Below, piece by piece: positions 1-8,893 of a stretch of 64,000 bases of DNA (within the stretch, counting starts at the first letter, position 1; each line of letters starts with the position of its first letter). The notes under the pieces were generated by a model that saw only the letters and a program-made list of their open reading frames with translations, searched no databases and had not been told where the DNA came from. Source of the DNA: Candidatus Moraniibacteriota bacterium (GTDB lineage: Bacteria; Patescibacteriota; Minisyncoccia; Moranbacterales; UBA1568). The DNA is taken from positions 65,307-129,306 of the forward strand of contig JAUSGT010000003.1 in the NCBI GenBank assembly GCA_030648835.1. The letters run 5' to 3'. The translations under genes were made by a program, and so were the position numbers.

Positions 1-2
1 AT

Positions 3-1217
3 GAGTATCTCATCGGGAGCGGTTTTATCATCCACCCGGATGGCTATATCGTGACCAACGCGCATGTTGTTTCGGAGGAGACAGTCAAGCAACGGTTGGC
101 TTCCGAAAGCGCTCTGGCGGCGCTGTATGCCAGCGCGCTTCTTTTGAGTGATGAGGAGATGCAAAGTTTTCTTGAGACCGAGACGGATAAGAGTTTCAGT
201 AAAGAGGTACTGAACTATGTCATGAGGCAGAGTATTTTCCAGTTACAGAGCAATGTGGCCGTGCTTCGGCATAACTCCGAAAAGAAAACTTTGCCGGAAT
301 TGCTTCTTGAAGGGTTCCCGGCGACCATAGTTTACGAGAACGACAACTTTTTGGAAGATGAGAAAGATGTTGCGTTTCTCAAGATAAGAGAGTCTTCTCT
401 CCCGGCGCTCTCTCTCGGGAATAGCGAAGGGATTGTCGTGGGGACAAAAGCGTTTGTTTTTGGTTTCCCGGCAACAGCACAATTGCGGCAGAACAGTTCG
501 GAGGAAGCGACGTTTACCGGTGGGTTGGTGAGCGCGATCAAGCAGTCCGCGAACAAGAATTTCAAACTTTTTCAAACCGATGCCAAGGTGTCGGAAGGGT
601 CGAGTGGTGGCCCGTTTTTTGATGAGCATGGCGTCGTCGTCGGACTGGTCACTTTTCAGACAGACGAACTCAATCGCACTTCGGGAGATAATTTCGCTTT
701 TGCCCTGCCGATCGAAGTTGTCAAAGCGGCGGCGCTCGCGGCCAAGATTTCTCCCACCGAAGGAAAGTATAGCGAGTATTTCAAGAAAGGATTTTCGGAT
801 TTTTCAGAAAAACGTTGCAGTAAGGCAGAGGAGAATTTTCGTTTGGCGTTGGGGAAAAGCAACAAAGCGTTCATTTCGGAAAAATATCTGGCGTTGTATT
901 TCAAGCAATGTGACGTATTGCAGAAAACAGGGTTAGCTCTCAATACTCGTTTTGATGAATGGAGAGACAGTATACACGCCCTGGGCAATCCACTTTTTTA
1001 TTTTGGCGTAGGATCGATCCTTCTTTTTTCTGTTTTTGGTGGGGCCTTGTTTTTGATTTTGCGTCAGGTACGGCGCGAAGAGCGAGAAATCAAAGCGCTT
1101 GAAACCAGGCTCTACGTTGATGAAGTCCACATCATGGAATATGATGGTGTGGTGCAAGCAAAGACAGATCAATCACACGCAAAGAGCACATCTCAAAAAG
1201 AGAAAAAGGTTATTTGA
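3..1217 (+). CDS. trypsin-like serine protease (S1 family, HtrA/DegP-like catalytic domain, no PDZ seen); 5' end lies outside window; C-terminal hydrophobic anchor
   Basis: Translation in frame 3 from base 3 gives ...GSGFIIHPDGYIVTNAHVV (His box). Later GSSGGPFFDEHGVVVGLV (Ser box). Hydrophobic stretch FYFGVGSILLFSVFGGALFLIL near the C-terminus. Confidence 0.85.
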   Translation, partial: EYLIGSGFIIHPDGYIVTNAHVVSEETVKQRLASESALAALYASALLLSDEEMQSFLETETDKSFSKEVLNYVMRQSIFQLQSNVAVLRHNSEKKTLPELLLEGFPATIVYENDNFLEDEKDVAFLKIRESSLPALSLGNSEGIVVGTKAFVFGFPATAQLRQNSSEEATFTGGLVSAIKQSANKNFKLFQTDAKVSEGSSGGPFFDEHGVVVGLVTFQTDELNRTSGDNFAFALPIEVVKAAALAAKISPTEGKYSEYFKKGFSDFSEKRCSKAEENFRLALGKSNKAFISEKYLALYFKQCDVLQKTGLALNTRFDEWRDSIHALGNPLFYFGVGSILLFSVFGGALFLILRQVRREEREIKALETRLYVDEVHIMEYDGVVQAKTDQSHAKSTSQKEKKVI

Positions 1218-1256
1218 GAACCCGTTTGAGGATCTTTTTCGTTATGAAAACTATCT

Positions 1257-3026
1257 ATGATCAGCATTCTTGACATTCTGCGGAGCAGAGAATTTCATTT
1301 GCCGTTTCTCATTGTTATCTGCATTCTATTGGCTTCCCTTTTGCAGGAGAATGGGGTATATGGACTGGCGATACTTTTGGGTATGGGACAGCTATTTGTC
1401 GAGTCATATCAGCGGATCAGGCTTCGCAAGTGGAATTTGGATTATTTGGCGTTTATTGCTTTGGGGACGGCGTTTGTCCTCAGTTCCTTTTTGGCGGGAG
1501 CGGTGGTGGCTCTTATGGTTACTGTCAGTGCCGCTCTGGAAAAGTATGGCGTGATACGCGCCGAGAAAACACTGCGGGGACTTTTTGAAAATATTCCCAA
1601 AACGGCGCTTATTGTGACCGGGGCGGGAACACATGAGGTAATGCTTCCGGCAATTCAAAAAGGGGATGTGCTCCTGGTTCGGCCAAATGAAATGCTGGCA
1701 TTTGACGGGTATCTCATGTCGGATCGAGCGCTCTTGAGCGAAGCCAATCTGACGGGAGAAATGGAACCTGTGGCATATGTGGAAACGGCCGTGCTCAAAA
1801 GCGGCGCGGTGAATGTCGGTGAGACATTCAGGCTTCGCGTCTTGGGCGACTTCGAACACTCCAGTTACCGAAAGATTTTATCCTTGGTTGAAGAAGGGAA
1901 GTTGCATCCCTCTCCTATCGTCCGTCTCGCGGAGCGCTACAATATTTTTTTTACTTTTTTCTCGCTGGCTCTGGCTTTGGGCGCATATCTCTTTTTTGGT
2001 GATTGGCAGCGTTTTCTTGCTGTTCTCGTCATTGCGACACCGTGCCCACTTCTTATTGCCGCGCCGATCAGTTTCATTGGCGGGTTGAACAAGGCCGCCC
2101 GCAAAAATATCATTATCAAGAGCCCGTTTATTTTGGAACTTCTTGCCAAAACGAAACTATTTTTTTTCGATAAGACCGGGACATTGACACTGGGGCGGCC
2201 GCGTTTGAAAAAGGTAGAGCTTTTCGACCGATCTCTCTCAAAAGAGAAAGCGCTCTCTATCGCCGCCGCTCTCGAATGGCATTCGTTCCATCCGATTGCC
2301 AAAGCTTTGGTACAGGAACATTGTTCTTCCGAAGGGGAACTGTTGACCGCCCAAGATGTGGAAGAAAAAATTGGTGAAGGAATTTTTGGGACGGTGGGAG
2401 GCAAACGTTATGGCATCATACAGGCGAAACAAAACAGAGAGAGTGGCATCGCGGTCGACCTTATTGTCGATGGGGATGCTATCGCGCGCTTTCTCTTCGA
2501 CGATGAATTGAAGCAAGACGTCGGACGCGTATTCGCCTACCTTCGTGGGCGTCAGTACACTTTGGGGATTCTGACAGGGGATAGGAAAAGCAATGCGGAG
2601 CGTCTTTTTGGACAGTTTCAGTTGCCGATTTACGCCGAGTGTCGACCGGAGAAGAAGACAGAGCTCATACAGCGTTATCAGCGTGAAGGAAAGCTTGTCG
2701 GGATGGTCGGCGACGGAATGAATGACGCGCCGGCGTTGGCTCTTGCGGATATCGGTATTGTATTTTCCGGTACGGAAAACAGCGCGTCTATCGAGGCGGC
2801 GGATGTGGCAATTTTCGGGCATGACGCGTGGCTCATTCATGACGCGATCCATATCGGTCGGCGCTCTTACCATGTGGCGTTGCAAAGTATCCTGATCGGT
2901 ATAGGACTTTCCATTGTTGGGATGTTGTTTGCCTTTTTTGGTTTTATCTCACCGCTGTATGGCGCAATTTTTCAAGAAATTATTGATGTTGTGGTGATAT
3001 TAAACGCTCTCCGTTCGACGTATTAG
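1257..3026 (+). CDS. P-type cation-transporting ATPase, P1B-like. The TPCP motif in the membrane helix and absence of an N-terminal metal-binding domain are reminiscent of the P1B-5 subgroup
   Basis: DKTGTLT phosphorylation motif, TGEM actuator motif, GDGMNDAPAL hinge motif, ATPCPLL in TM; 589 aa. Confidence 0.85.
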   Translation: MISILDILRSREFHLPFLIVICILLASLLQENGVYGLAILLGMGQLFVESYQRIRLRKWNLDYLAFIALGTAFVLSSFLAGAVVALMVTVSAALEKYGVIRAEKTLRGLFENIPKTALIVTGAGTHEVMLPAIQKGDVLLVRPNEMLAFDGYLMSDRALLSEANLTGEMEPVAYVETAVLKSGAVNVGETFRLRVLGDFEHSSYRKILSLVEEGKLHPSPIVRLAERYNIFFTFFSLALALGAYLFFGDWQRFLAVLVIATPCPLLIAAPISFIGGLNKAARKNIIIKSPFILELLAKTKLFFFDKTGTLTLGRPRLKKVELFDRSLSKEKALSIAAALEWHSFHPIAKALVQEHCSSEGELLTAQDVEEKIGEGIFGTVGGKRYGIIQAKQNRESGIAVDLIVDGDAIARFLFDDELKQDVGRVFAYLRGRQYTLGILTGDRKSNAERLFGQFQLPIYAECRPEKKTELIQRYQREGKLVGMVGDGMNDAPALALADIGIVFSGTENSASIEAADVAIFGHDAWLIHDAIHIGRRSYHVALQSILIGIGLSIVGMLFAFFGFISPLYGAIFQEIIDVVVILNALRSTY

Positions 3027-3080
3027 GATTGTAAAGAATCTTTCATTCTTTTTTAAAAGGATAGATATAGATGTATATTA

Positions 3081-3108
3081 AAAAAAGCTCGTTTTAACGA
3101 GCTTTTTA
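3081..3108. terminator. bidirectional Rho-independent terminator between convergent ATPase and ABC permease genes
   Basis: aaaaaAGCTCGTTttaaAACGAGCTtttt: perfect 8-bp stem flanked by an A-run and a T-run. Confidence 0.7.
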
Positions 3109-3132
3109 AATTCTTGATTTTTTATCCCTATT

Positions 3133-4329
3133 CTACTTGTAGCGTAAGGCGTCCAGAGTATCGATGTGAGAAGCTTTGCGGGCCGGGAAAACACCGGTTA
3201 AGAAGCCGATAAACGCGCCGAATACGATGACGGTGAAAACGAACCAGAACGGACTGAAGAAAAGACTGACCGATTCTCCACCGAAGCGATTGGCCACAAG
3301 ATTGATGAGGACATTCAATATTTTCCCTTCCAGATATCCCAAGATAACACCGCCGAGAGCTCCCAAGAACCCCATCAGGGTGGACTCCATAATGAACATC
3401 ATTGAGATGTTTGTGCGTGAAGCGCCGATGGCTTTCATAATGCCGATCTCTTCGGTGCGTTCGAGAAGGGCGATAGTCATCGTGTTGAACATGCCGATAG
3501 CGGAAACGATGAGGGCGATCATACCGAATATCATGAGCACAATCTGGATGACACGGAATACCTTATTTGCCTGGCTAATGGTTTCGGAGATGGAGGAGAC
3601 GCCGAATCCTTGACTCTCGATTTCTGCGCGTACCGAGTTGAGTACGTCGGTTGAAAAACATTTCACTTTCAATTCGGTGTAGCTTTCGAAAGAAAAGCCA
3701 GTGAGTGAATCAAGCGAGAGGTACGCGATATTTTCCTCACCCGGGATAATGCCAACAATCGTGTAAGTGTTTTTTGGTTCGAAGGAAGCATTTTTGTTTG
3801 TTTGACCGGAGGCATCTGTTTGGAAAAGAGTCAGTGAGACGGTCTTGCCGAGCATCTCTTCGGGGGGGACGTTGAAAACTTTGGTAATGGCCGAAGTGAT
3901 AACAATATTTTGACTTTCGGTTTCGGTAAAAAGCCGTCCAAAATCGGGTTTCAATCCCTCGTTTTTGAGCAAGGAAACGGTAGAGCTGACAGTACCGATA
4001 TCGAGGGTAATATTGTCAAACTTTCCTTGTCCGGCCAGTTCCAATACCGGGATGACATCGGCGACATTTGGGATGGTTCTCAGTTTTTCAATAGTTGTGT
4101 TGTCGAGTTTTTCCTTGTTGCCCGTTTCTCCAAGCGTCACATCCAATGTCACAAGGGTATCCGCGGTGGTAATTTTCTGAAGCAGTGTCCGTTGCAATCC
4201 ATACCCGAAAGAGACGAGAAAAATAATTGCGGCGATGCCGACACTCATACCGAGAATAGTCAAGAGCGTCCGCATCGTGCGAGCTTTGAACATTCGGAGC
4301 GACAGTTTGAGGAGATCGAAAAAGCGCAT
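3133..4329 (-). CDS. ABC transporter permease, FtsX/MacB family (N-terminal TM, large extracytoplasmic domain, C-terminal 3-TM FtsX domain)
   Basis: Topology and FtsX-like C-terminal block MKAIGASRTNISMMF...; lies directly downstream of an ABC ATPase gene. Confidence 0.8.
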   Translation of the reverse strand: MRFFDLLKLSLRMFKARTMRTLLTILGMSVGIAAIIFLVSFGYGLQRTLLQKITTADTLVTLDVTLGETGNKEKLDNTTIEKLRTIPNVADVIPVLELAGQGKFDNITLDIGTVSSTVSLLKNEGLKPDFGRLFTETESQNIVITSAITKVFNVPPEEMLGKTVSLTLFQTDASGQTNKNASFEPKNTYTIVGIIPGEENIAYLSLDSLTGFSFESYTELKVKCFSTDVLNSVRAEIESQGFGVSSISETISQANKVFRVIQIVLMIFGMIALIVSAIGMFNTMTIALLERTEEIGIMKAIGASRTNISMMFIMESTLMGFLGALGGVILGYLEGKILNVLINLVANRFGGESVSLFFSPFWFVFTVIVFGAFIGFLTGVFPARKASHIDTLDALRYK

Positions 4330-4334
4330 ACAAT

Positions 4335-5681
4335 TTAGGAGTATTTGAGGAGCATAAGAACTTCTATCTCTCTTACTATTTTCTCGGCAGTGGTCTTGTG
4401 GATGCCGACACCATCAGCGGAAACTCGGGTATCGAGGCGTTTCTCAAGCTCGATTTGCCCAATTTGGCTTTCGAGGCGGAGCTTGAGCGTCGCTTGGAAA
4501 CGCAGCTTTTGGGTTTCGGTAAGTTTCAGATGAAAGAGGGTGGTGAGGTATTCGGTGAGTGAAAGAGCGCTTTGTTCCGGAGAATCTTTCAGCCCATTTA
4601 CTTGTTCGATGATGGCTTGCGTGCGTTCGGCAAACGAACGGGCGCGTACCTTATTCCAGCCGGCGCCTCCCTCGTCAAGATCCAAGTCGAGGTGTTCGGC
4701 AAAGGTTTGCATGTCGATATTTTTGAAGAGGAGCTCTTTCATGAAAGCTTCCGCTATGCTTACTTGTTCATCGCTCAGTTCCGAGAGGAGGTGATTGAGG
4801 AGCTGTTTCGCCTTGAATGGAACCAAGAGCACGTCGACTTGTTGGGGGAGGAGGCTCTTGAATGATGACATGAGCATTTTCAACTCGCTGCTTTCCGGAG
4901 ACCTATCGATGGGACCGTACTCCTGCTTGTTCGCAAGTTCTTCCGGCGGGCGTTTTTCTTTGAACACTTCTTCTTTGGTGATGCGACCGTCTTTCATATG
5001 GATGACGCGATCGGCATAAACAAGATGTTCCGGGTTGTGCGTCACGAGAATGATCGTTTTTTTATCGATATCATTGAGTTCTTTCAAGATCTTGAGCACA
5101 TTTTCGGCGCTTTCGCTATCGAGGTTTCCTACCGGCTCATCCGCGAGAATAATTTCCGGGTTGTTGACGAGAGAGCGCGCGATGGCAACGCGTTGTTTTT
5201 GCCCGCCGGAAAGCTGGCTGGGGAATTTATCGGCTTGTTCGACGATACCAAAACGGCGGAGGAGCCTCACTCCTTCTTTTTTGCGATCGCTTGGTTTTTC
5301 ACCGCGGAATACTTTTGGAAGACAGACGTTCTCGAGAATATCCAGCGAAGAAATGAGATAGAAGGCCTGAAAAATCATACCGATACCGGTTTGATGGAGC
5401 CTCAGCTCCTCTTCTTCGGTCATTTTGGAAATGGCCTTGTTTCGGATGTAGACATCACCATACGTGGGGGACTGTAGCCCGGAAATGGAGTATAAAAGCG
5501 TCGATTTTCCGCAGCCGGACGGACCATAAATGATAACGTATTCCTCCGGGTAGATCGAGAGGTTGGTTTCTTCGAGGGCGCGCATCTCATTGGACTTTCC
5601 TTGGTTGTAGATGACGCGCAGTTTATCGACGACGATAATTGGTTTATTCATGTTTTTCGGTTGCCATTTTACCCATATCAT
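4335..5681 (-). CDS. ABC transporter ATP-binding protein (MacB/LolD/FtsE-like NBD) with ~220-aa C-terminal helical extension of unknown function; start may be the internal Met (MNKPIIVVD, ~5651)
   Basis: Walker [10 protein letters not shown], signature [15 protein letters not shown], Walker B ILADEP; NBD ends ~residue 230 and the ORF continues to 448 aa. Confidence 0.85.
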   Translation of the reverse strand: MIWVKWQPKNMNKPIIVVDKLRVIYNQGKSNEMRALEETNLSIYPEEYVIIYGPSGCGKSTLLYSISGLQSPTYGDVYIRNKAISKMTEEEELRLHQTGIGMIFQAFYLISSLDILENVCLPKVFRGEKPSDRKKEGVRLLRRFGIVEQADKFPSQLSGGQKQRVAIARSLVNNPEIILADEPVGNLDSESAENVLKILKELNDIDKKTIILVTHNPEHLVYADRVIHMKDGRITKEEVFKEKRPPEELANKQEYGPIDRSPESSELKMLMSSFKSLLPQQVDVLLVPFKAKQLLNHLLSELSDEQVSIAEAFMKELLFKNIDMQTFAEHLDLDLDEGGAGWNKVRARSFAERTQAIIEQVNGLKDSPEQSALSLTEYLTTLFHLKLTETQKLRFQATLKLRLESQIGQIELEKRLDTRVSADGVGIHKTTAEKIVREIEVLMLLKYS

Positions 5682-5773
5682 AGCATATTTTTCTATCGGG
5701 ACTAAGCCTGCCGAGAGCGTTGCTTGACAGTAGCGATATGCGCTACAATAGAATACGGGAGAAAAACCATTTT

Positions 5774-5857
5774 ATGAAACAACCATTGATCTTCATTGCT
5801 CTCGGCATCGTTGAAATCATCATTTTGACGCTTCTGGGATTATTCTTTTATCGCTGA
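5774..5857 (+). CDS. putative 27-aa hydrophobic small protein/leader peptide (MKQPLIFIALGIVEIIILTLLGLFFYR). Its stop TGA overlaps the ATG of the next gene (TGATG)
   Basis: GGGAGA 8 nt upstream of the ATG; single predicted TM helix; translational coupling to the 5857 ORF. Below the 60-aa cutoff of the ORF track. Confidence 0.35.
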   Translation: MKQPLIFIALGIVEIIILTLLGLFFYR

Positions 5858-6606
5858 TGATGCAAAAATTTTTTCAAAAAATCGATCCGTTCGTTATTTT
5901 CTGCTTTGACGTACATGATCTGGCCAGTGAATATATCGCGAAAAATTTTCTTTTGATAAAGCGAAGTATTCTTATTGTGGCTTATCTAAGCTTGTTTGGG
6001 GTTTTCTTCCCGGATTTACGGAAAGGGTTTGGTTCTTTGGCGGAGTATATGCTTCTTCTCATCCTTTTTCTCAGCCCATTGTCAAAAATTTTTCAGGCGC
6101 GCTTACTGCTCCAAATGATGGGATTGCGTCGAGAGTTCGGCATCTTGATGGGCTGTCTGGCCATCGTTCACGGAGTGACCTACTTTCTTGATCCGGTCAC
6201 ATTTTCTCTCAATATAGAGCCATATTTGAATACACGCTTTTTCTCCATGCCGCCGCTTTTTTACTTTGGCATTCTTTCGCTCATTCTTGTTCTGCCGCTT
6301 CTCCTCACCTCGAATAATTTCAGTCTGCGTTTTTTGGGTGGAGAAAAATGGAAAGCGCTGCATCGGCTTGTGTATGTGATTCTCTTCACCGCGCTTTTGC
6401 ATATTTTCTTTGTCCAGAGTGTGGGAAGGGGCTACAATGCAGTGGAGTTGATTCAACCCGCCGGTATTATTTTTGGCTATGTGTTGCTCAAAGTGCTGGC
6501 GTGGAAAAATTTTATTGCGCCTCTTCGTGATATAATTGTATCCGTAGGTGAGCGGTATGGAAAATATGTCCTTGCGAAGAGGGGAGAGGGCATCCCCAGC
6601 TCTTAA
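5857..6606 (+). CDS. polytopic membrane protein, ferric-reductase-like/MsrQ(YedZ)-like transmembrane domain (tentative)
   Basis: About 6 TM helices with conserved His in TM segments (HGVTYFLD, LHRLVYVILFTALLHIFF) typical of b-heme-binding FRD/MsrQ-type domains; assignment by pattern only. Confidence 0.4.
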   Translation: MMQKFFQKIDPFVIFCFDVHDLASEYIAKNFLLIKRSILIVAYLSLFGVFFPDLRKGFGSLAEYMLLLILFLSPLSKIFQARLLLQMMGLRREFGILMGCLAIVHGVTYFLDPVTFSLNIEPYLNTRFFSMPPLFYFGILSLILVLPLLLTSNNFSLRFLGGEKWKALHRLVYVILFTALLHIFFVQSVGRGYNAVELIQPAGIIFGYVLLKVLAWKNFIAPLRDIIVSVGERYGKYVLAKRGEGIPSS

Positions 6607-6620
6607 TCACGTATCCATTT

Positions 6621-7874
6621 TTGAGTATGAAATTTTTCCGTTTTGTCGCAAGCGTTTTGGTTTTGAGCGGAAGTTTCTTTGTTTTGTCGCTGACCGCTGT
6701 CGCGGTGGGACCAGCCGATACGAATAGCGAGAAAGTGCTGGTTGAGATGTTCGAACGGCAGGACTGCGCTCATTGCCAGGCAGAGAGAGCCTATTTGGAA
6801 GGATTTTCGACGCGCCGCGGCGATGTTGAGGTGCGTTTTATAGATATTGACACTCCTGAAGGAAAGCAGCTTTTTAGCCAATTTACGGAAAAACAGAAGC
6901 TTTCCAAGGCGACTCCCATTACGGTTATCGGCAGCGCGGTGCTTCAGGGCTTTGATTCAGGAGAAACGACGGGCCAGCGTATCGAAAGTTTAATTAACGA
7001 AAATAAAGGGCAGCCGCCGGTTGGCGTGGAGGGGATTTTGGCGGGGAAAGTGGGTGAGATTGAGAAAACGGGTGGAGCGGTCTGCGATAGTACGACGGGC
7101 ATCTGTACTTTGCCGGCGCCGGAACCGGTTTTTGTAAAAATACCGTTTACGGGAAAAACAGTCGATGTGATGCAATATTCTCTGCCGGTGCTGGCGAGCG
7201 TGCTTGGGTTGGTCGATGGGTTCAATCCATGCGCGATGTGGGTCTTGGTGACTTTCCTTATCGTGCTTATACAGATGGGGTCACGCCGGCGGATGTGGGT
7301 AGTGGCTGGGCTCTTCATCATTGCGGAGACTCTGATGTATTATCTGATTCTCAATGTCTGGTTCACGGCTTGGGACTTTGTCGGACTGGATCGTTTTGTT
7401 ACGCCGATCGTGGGAGCAGTGGCTGTCGGAGGGGGGCTGTTTTTTCTTTATGAGTGGTATCATTCCGACGGCACGTGCGAAATTGTTAACCCCGAAGGTC
7501 GGGCGAAAATTTCCAGTCGTATCAAGAGGTTGGCCAGCGAGCCGTTCACGTGGCTGACCGCGGTCGGGGTAATCGCTTTGGCATTTTCGGTGAATGTTAT
7601 CGAATTTGCCTGTTCCATCGGGATCCCGCAGGCTTTTACCAAGATTATCGAGATGAATGATCTGAATTTTTGGCAGACCCAGGGGTATATGTTTGATTAT
7701 ATTTTCTTCTACATGGTAGATGACTTTCTGGTTTTTGGGTTGGCTCTCTGGGGATTTGAAAAGCTTCATCTGACTCAAGTCTATGCCCGCTGGTCCAATC
7801 TCATCGGTGGTATTTTGATGCTCATCTTAGGCTATCTTCTCATTTTTTATCCGGCACTACTCCGGTTTGTGTAG
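6621..7874 (+). CDS. membrane thiol-disulfide oxidoreductase: N-terminal glutaredoxin/thioredoxin-fold CxxC domain fused to a polytopic DsbD/CcdA-like membrane domain (tentative)
   Basis: Signal/TM, then CAHCQ ... TPITVIG (cis-Pro motif); C-terminal half has multiple TM helices with Cys in GFNPCAMW and IEFACSIG. Confidence 0.45.
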   Translation: MSMKFFRFVASVLVLSGSFFVLSLTAVAVGPADTNSEKVLVEMFERQDCAHCQAERAYLEGFSTRRGDVEVRFIDIDTPEGKQLFSQFTEKQKLSKATPITVIGSAVLQGFDSGETTGQRIESLINENKGQPPVGVEGILAGKVGEIEKTGGAVCDSTTGICTLPAPEPVFVKIPFTGKTVDVMQYSLPVLASVLGLVDGFNPCAMWVLVTFLIVLIQMGSRRRMWVVAGLFIIAETLMYYLILNVWFTAWDFVGLDRFVTPIVGAVAVGGGLFFLYEWYHSDGTCEIVNPEGRAKISSRIKRLASEPFTWLTAVGVIALAFSVNVIEFACSIGIPQAFTKIIEMNDLNFWQTQGYMFDYIFFYMVDDFLVFGLALWGFEKLHLTQVYARWSNLIGGILMLILGYLLIFYPALLRFV

Positions 7875-7897
7875 CGATTGAGCGTTGAGGTGGTATC

Positions 7898-7906
7898 TGG
7901 TATACT
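7898..7906 (+). promoter_or_regulatory. extended -10 element TGGTATACT upstream of dsbA-like gene
   Basis: TGn-TATACT; the same TGGTATAMT form recurs upstream of xseA and dus. Confidence 0.4.
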
Positions 7907-7928
7907 AAACAAGTTAAATACTAATTCA

Positions 7929-7980
7929 CCCTGTGAAATCCCGCTTTGCGGGTGCCCGCTGAGCGAGCAATTTCACGGGG
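7929..7980 (+). promoter_or_regulatory. structured 5'-UTR element (nested hairpins) upstream of dsbA-like gene
   Basis: CCCTGTGAAAT ... ATTTCACGGGG outer stem enclosing CCCGCtttGCGGG and CCCGCTGAGCG; lies between the -10 box and the start codon at 7993. Confidence 0.4.
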
Positions 7981-7992
7981 TAAAGAAATACT

Positions 7993-8781
7993 ATGGAAGG
8001 TAATACGGAAAATAGCACAGTGTCTCAAGAGAAAGAAGAAACATTCGGCAAGGACGCTCTTTTGGTGGCTGGAGCCGTGCTTCTTACCGGTTTGATTATT
8101 GCGGGATCTATTGTTTCGGTTACTCAGAAGCTTGCACCCACCACGACTGTCCAATCCGCGGCAAAAGACGCCGCTCTTCAGGCGCCAACTGTGCCAACGG
8201 ATACAACCGCTGTTATTTCACTTGATGATGACCCGATTCTTGGTGACAAAAACAAGGCAAAAATAGCTATCGTGGAATTCAGCGATTACGAATGTCCCTT
8301 CTGCAAGCAGTTTCATGCCAATACGTTCGATACGCTGGTGAAGGATTTTGTGGATACGGGGAAAGCGTTGATTTCTTTCCGTGATTTTCCGCTTTCTTTC
8401 CACGATCCGAATGCCACCATGGAAGCGGCAACGGCCGAATGCGTGCGGAAAGAAAAGGGAGACAAAGCATACTTCGCTTTTGGCAAACTTCTCTATCAGA
8501 ATACTCAAGCCAACGGGAAAGGTTTGGTTGAGGGAAAACTCAATCAGTTGATTGGTCAGGTGGGTGCGAATGTCAAAACTGTGACCGCTTGTGCGGCAAC
8601 CGATGCTGTGAAACAAGAGATTGCCAAAGATATCGCGGATGGAGGAAAGGCCGGCGTCACGGGTACCCCGAGCTTCGTTATTGGTGTTCTCAACGCGGAT
8701 GGCACGGTTACCGGTGAGAGAATCGTTGGCGCCGCGCCGATCGATAATTTTAAGACGGTTATTGATAAATATCTCAAATAG
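7993..8781 (+). CDS. DsbA-family thiol:disulfide oxidoreductase (thioredoxin fold), membrane-anchored
   Basis: N-terminal TM; CPFC active site in DYECPFCKQFH; DsbA-like length and helical insertion. Confidence 0.85.
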   Translation: MEGNTENSTVSQEKEETFGKDALLVAGAVLLTGLIIAGSIVSVTQKLAPTTTVQSAAKDAALQAPTVPTDTTAVISLDDDPILGDKNKAKIAIVEFSDYECPFCKQFHANTFDTLVKDFVDTGKALISFRDFPLSFHDPNATMEAATAECVRKEKGDKAYFAFGKLLYQNTQANGKGLVEGKLNQLIGQVGANVKTVTACAATDAVKQEIAKDIADGGKAGVTGTPSFVIGVLNADGTVTGERIVGAAPIDNFKTVIDKYLK

Positions 8782-8816
8782 TCGAAAAGAAGAGATAACA
8801 CGAAGGATTTCCGGAG

Positions 8817-8850
8817 AAAACTCTGTCGAGAGGCAGAGTTCTTCTTTTTT
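8817..8850 (+). terminator. Rho-independent terminator after dsbA-like gene
   Basis: AACTCTGtcgagaggCAGAGTT followed by CTTCTTTTTT. Confidence 0.75.
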
Positions 8851-8858
8851 GGTATAAT
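8850..8858 (+). promoter_or_regulatory. extended -10 box TGGTATAAT for xseA
   Basis: TGGTATAAT 36 nt upstream of the xseA start. Confidence 0.45.
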
Positions 8859-8893
8859 GAGTTAGATATTAGGTATTAGATATTTCTTATAGT

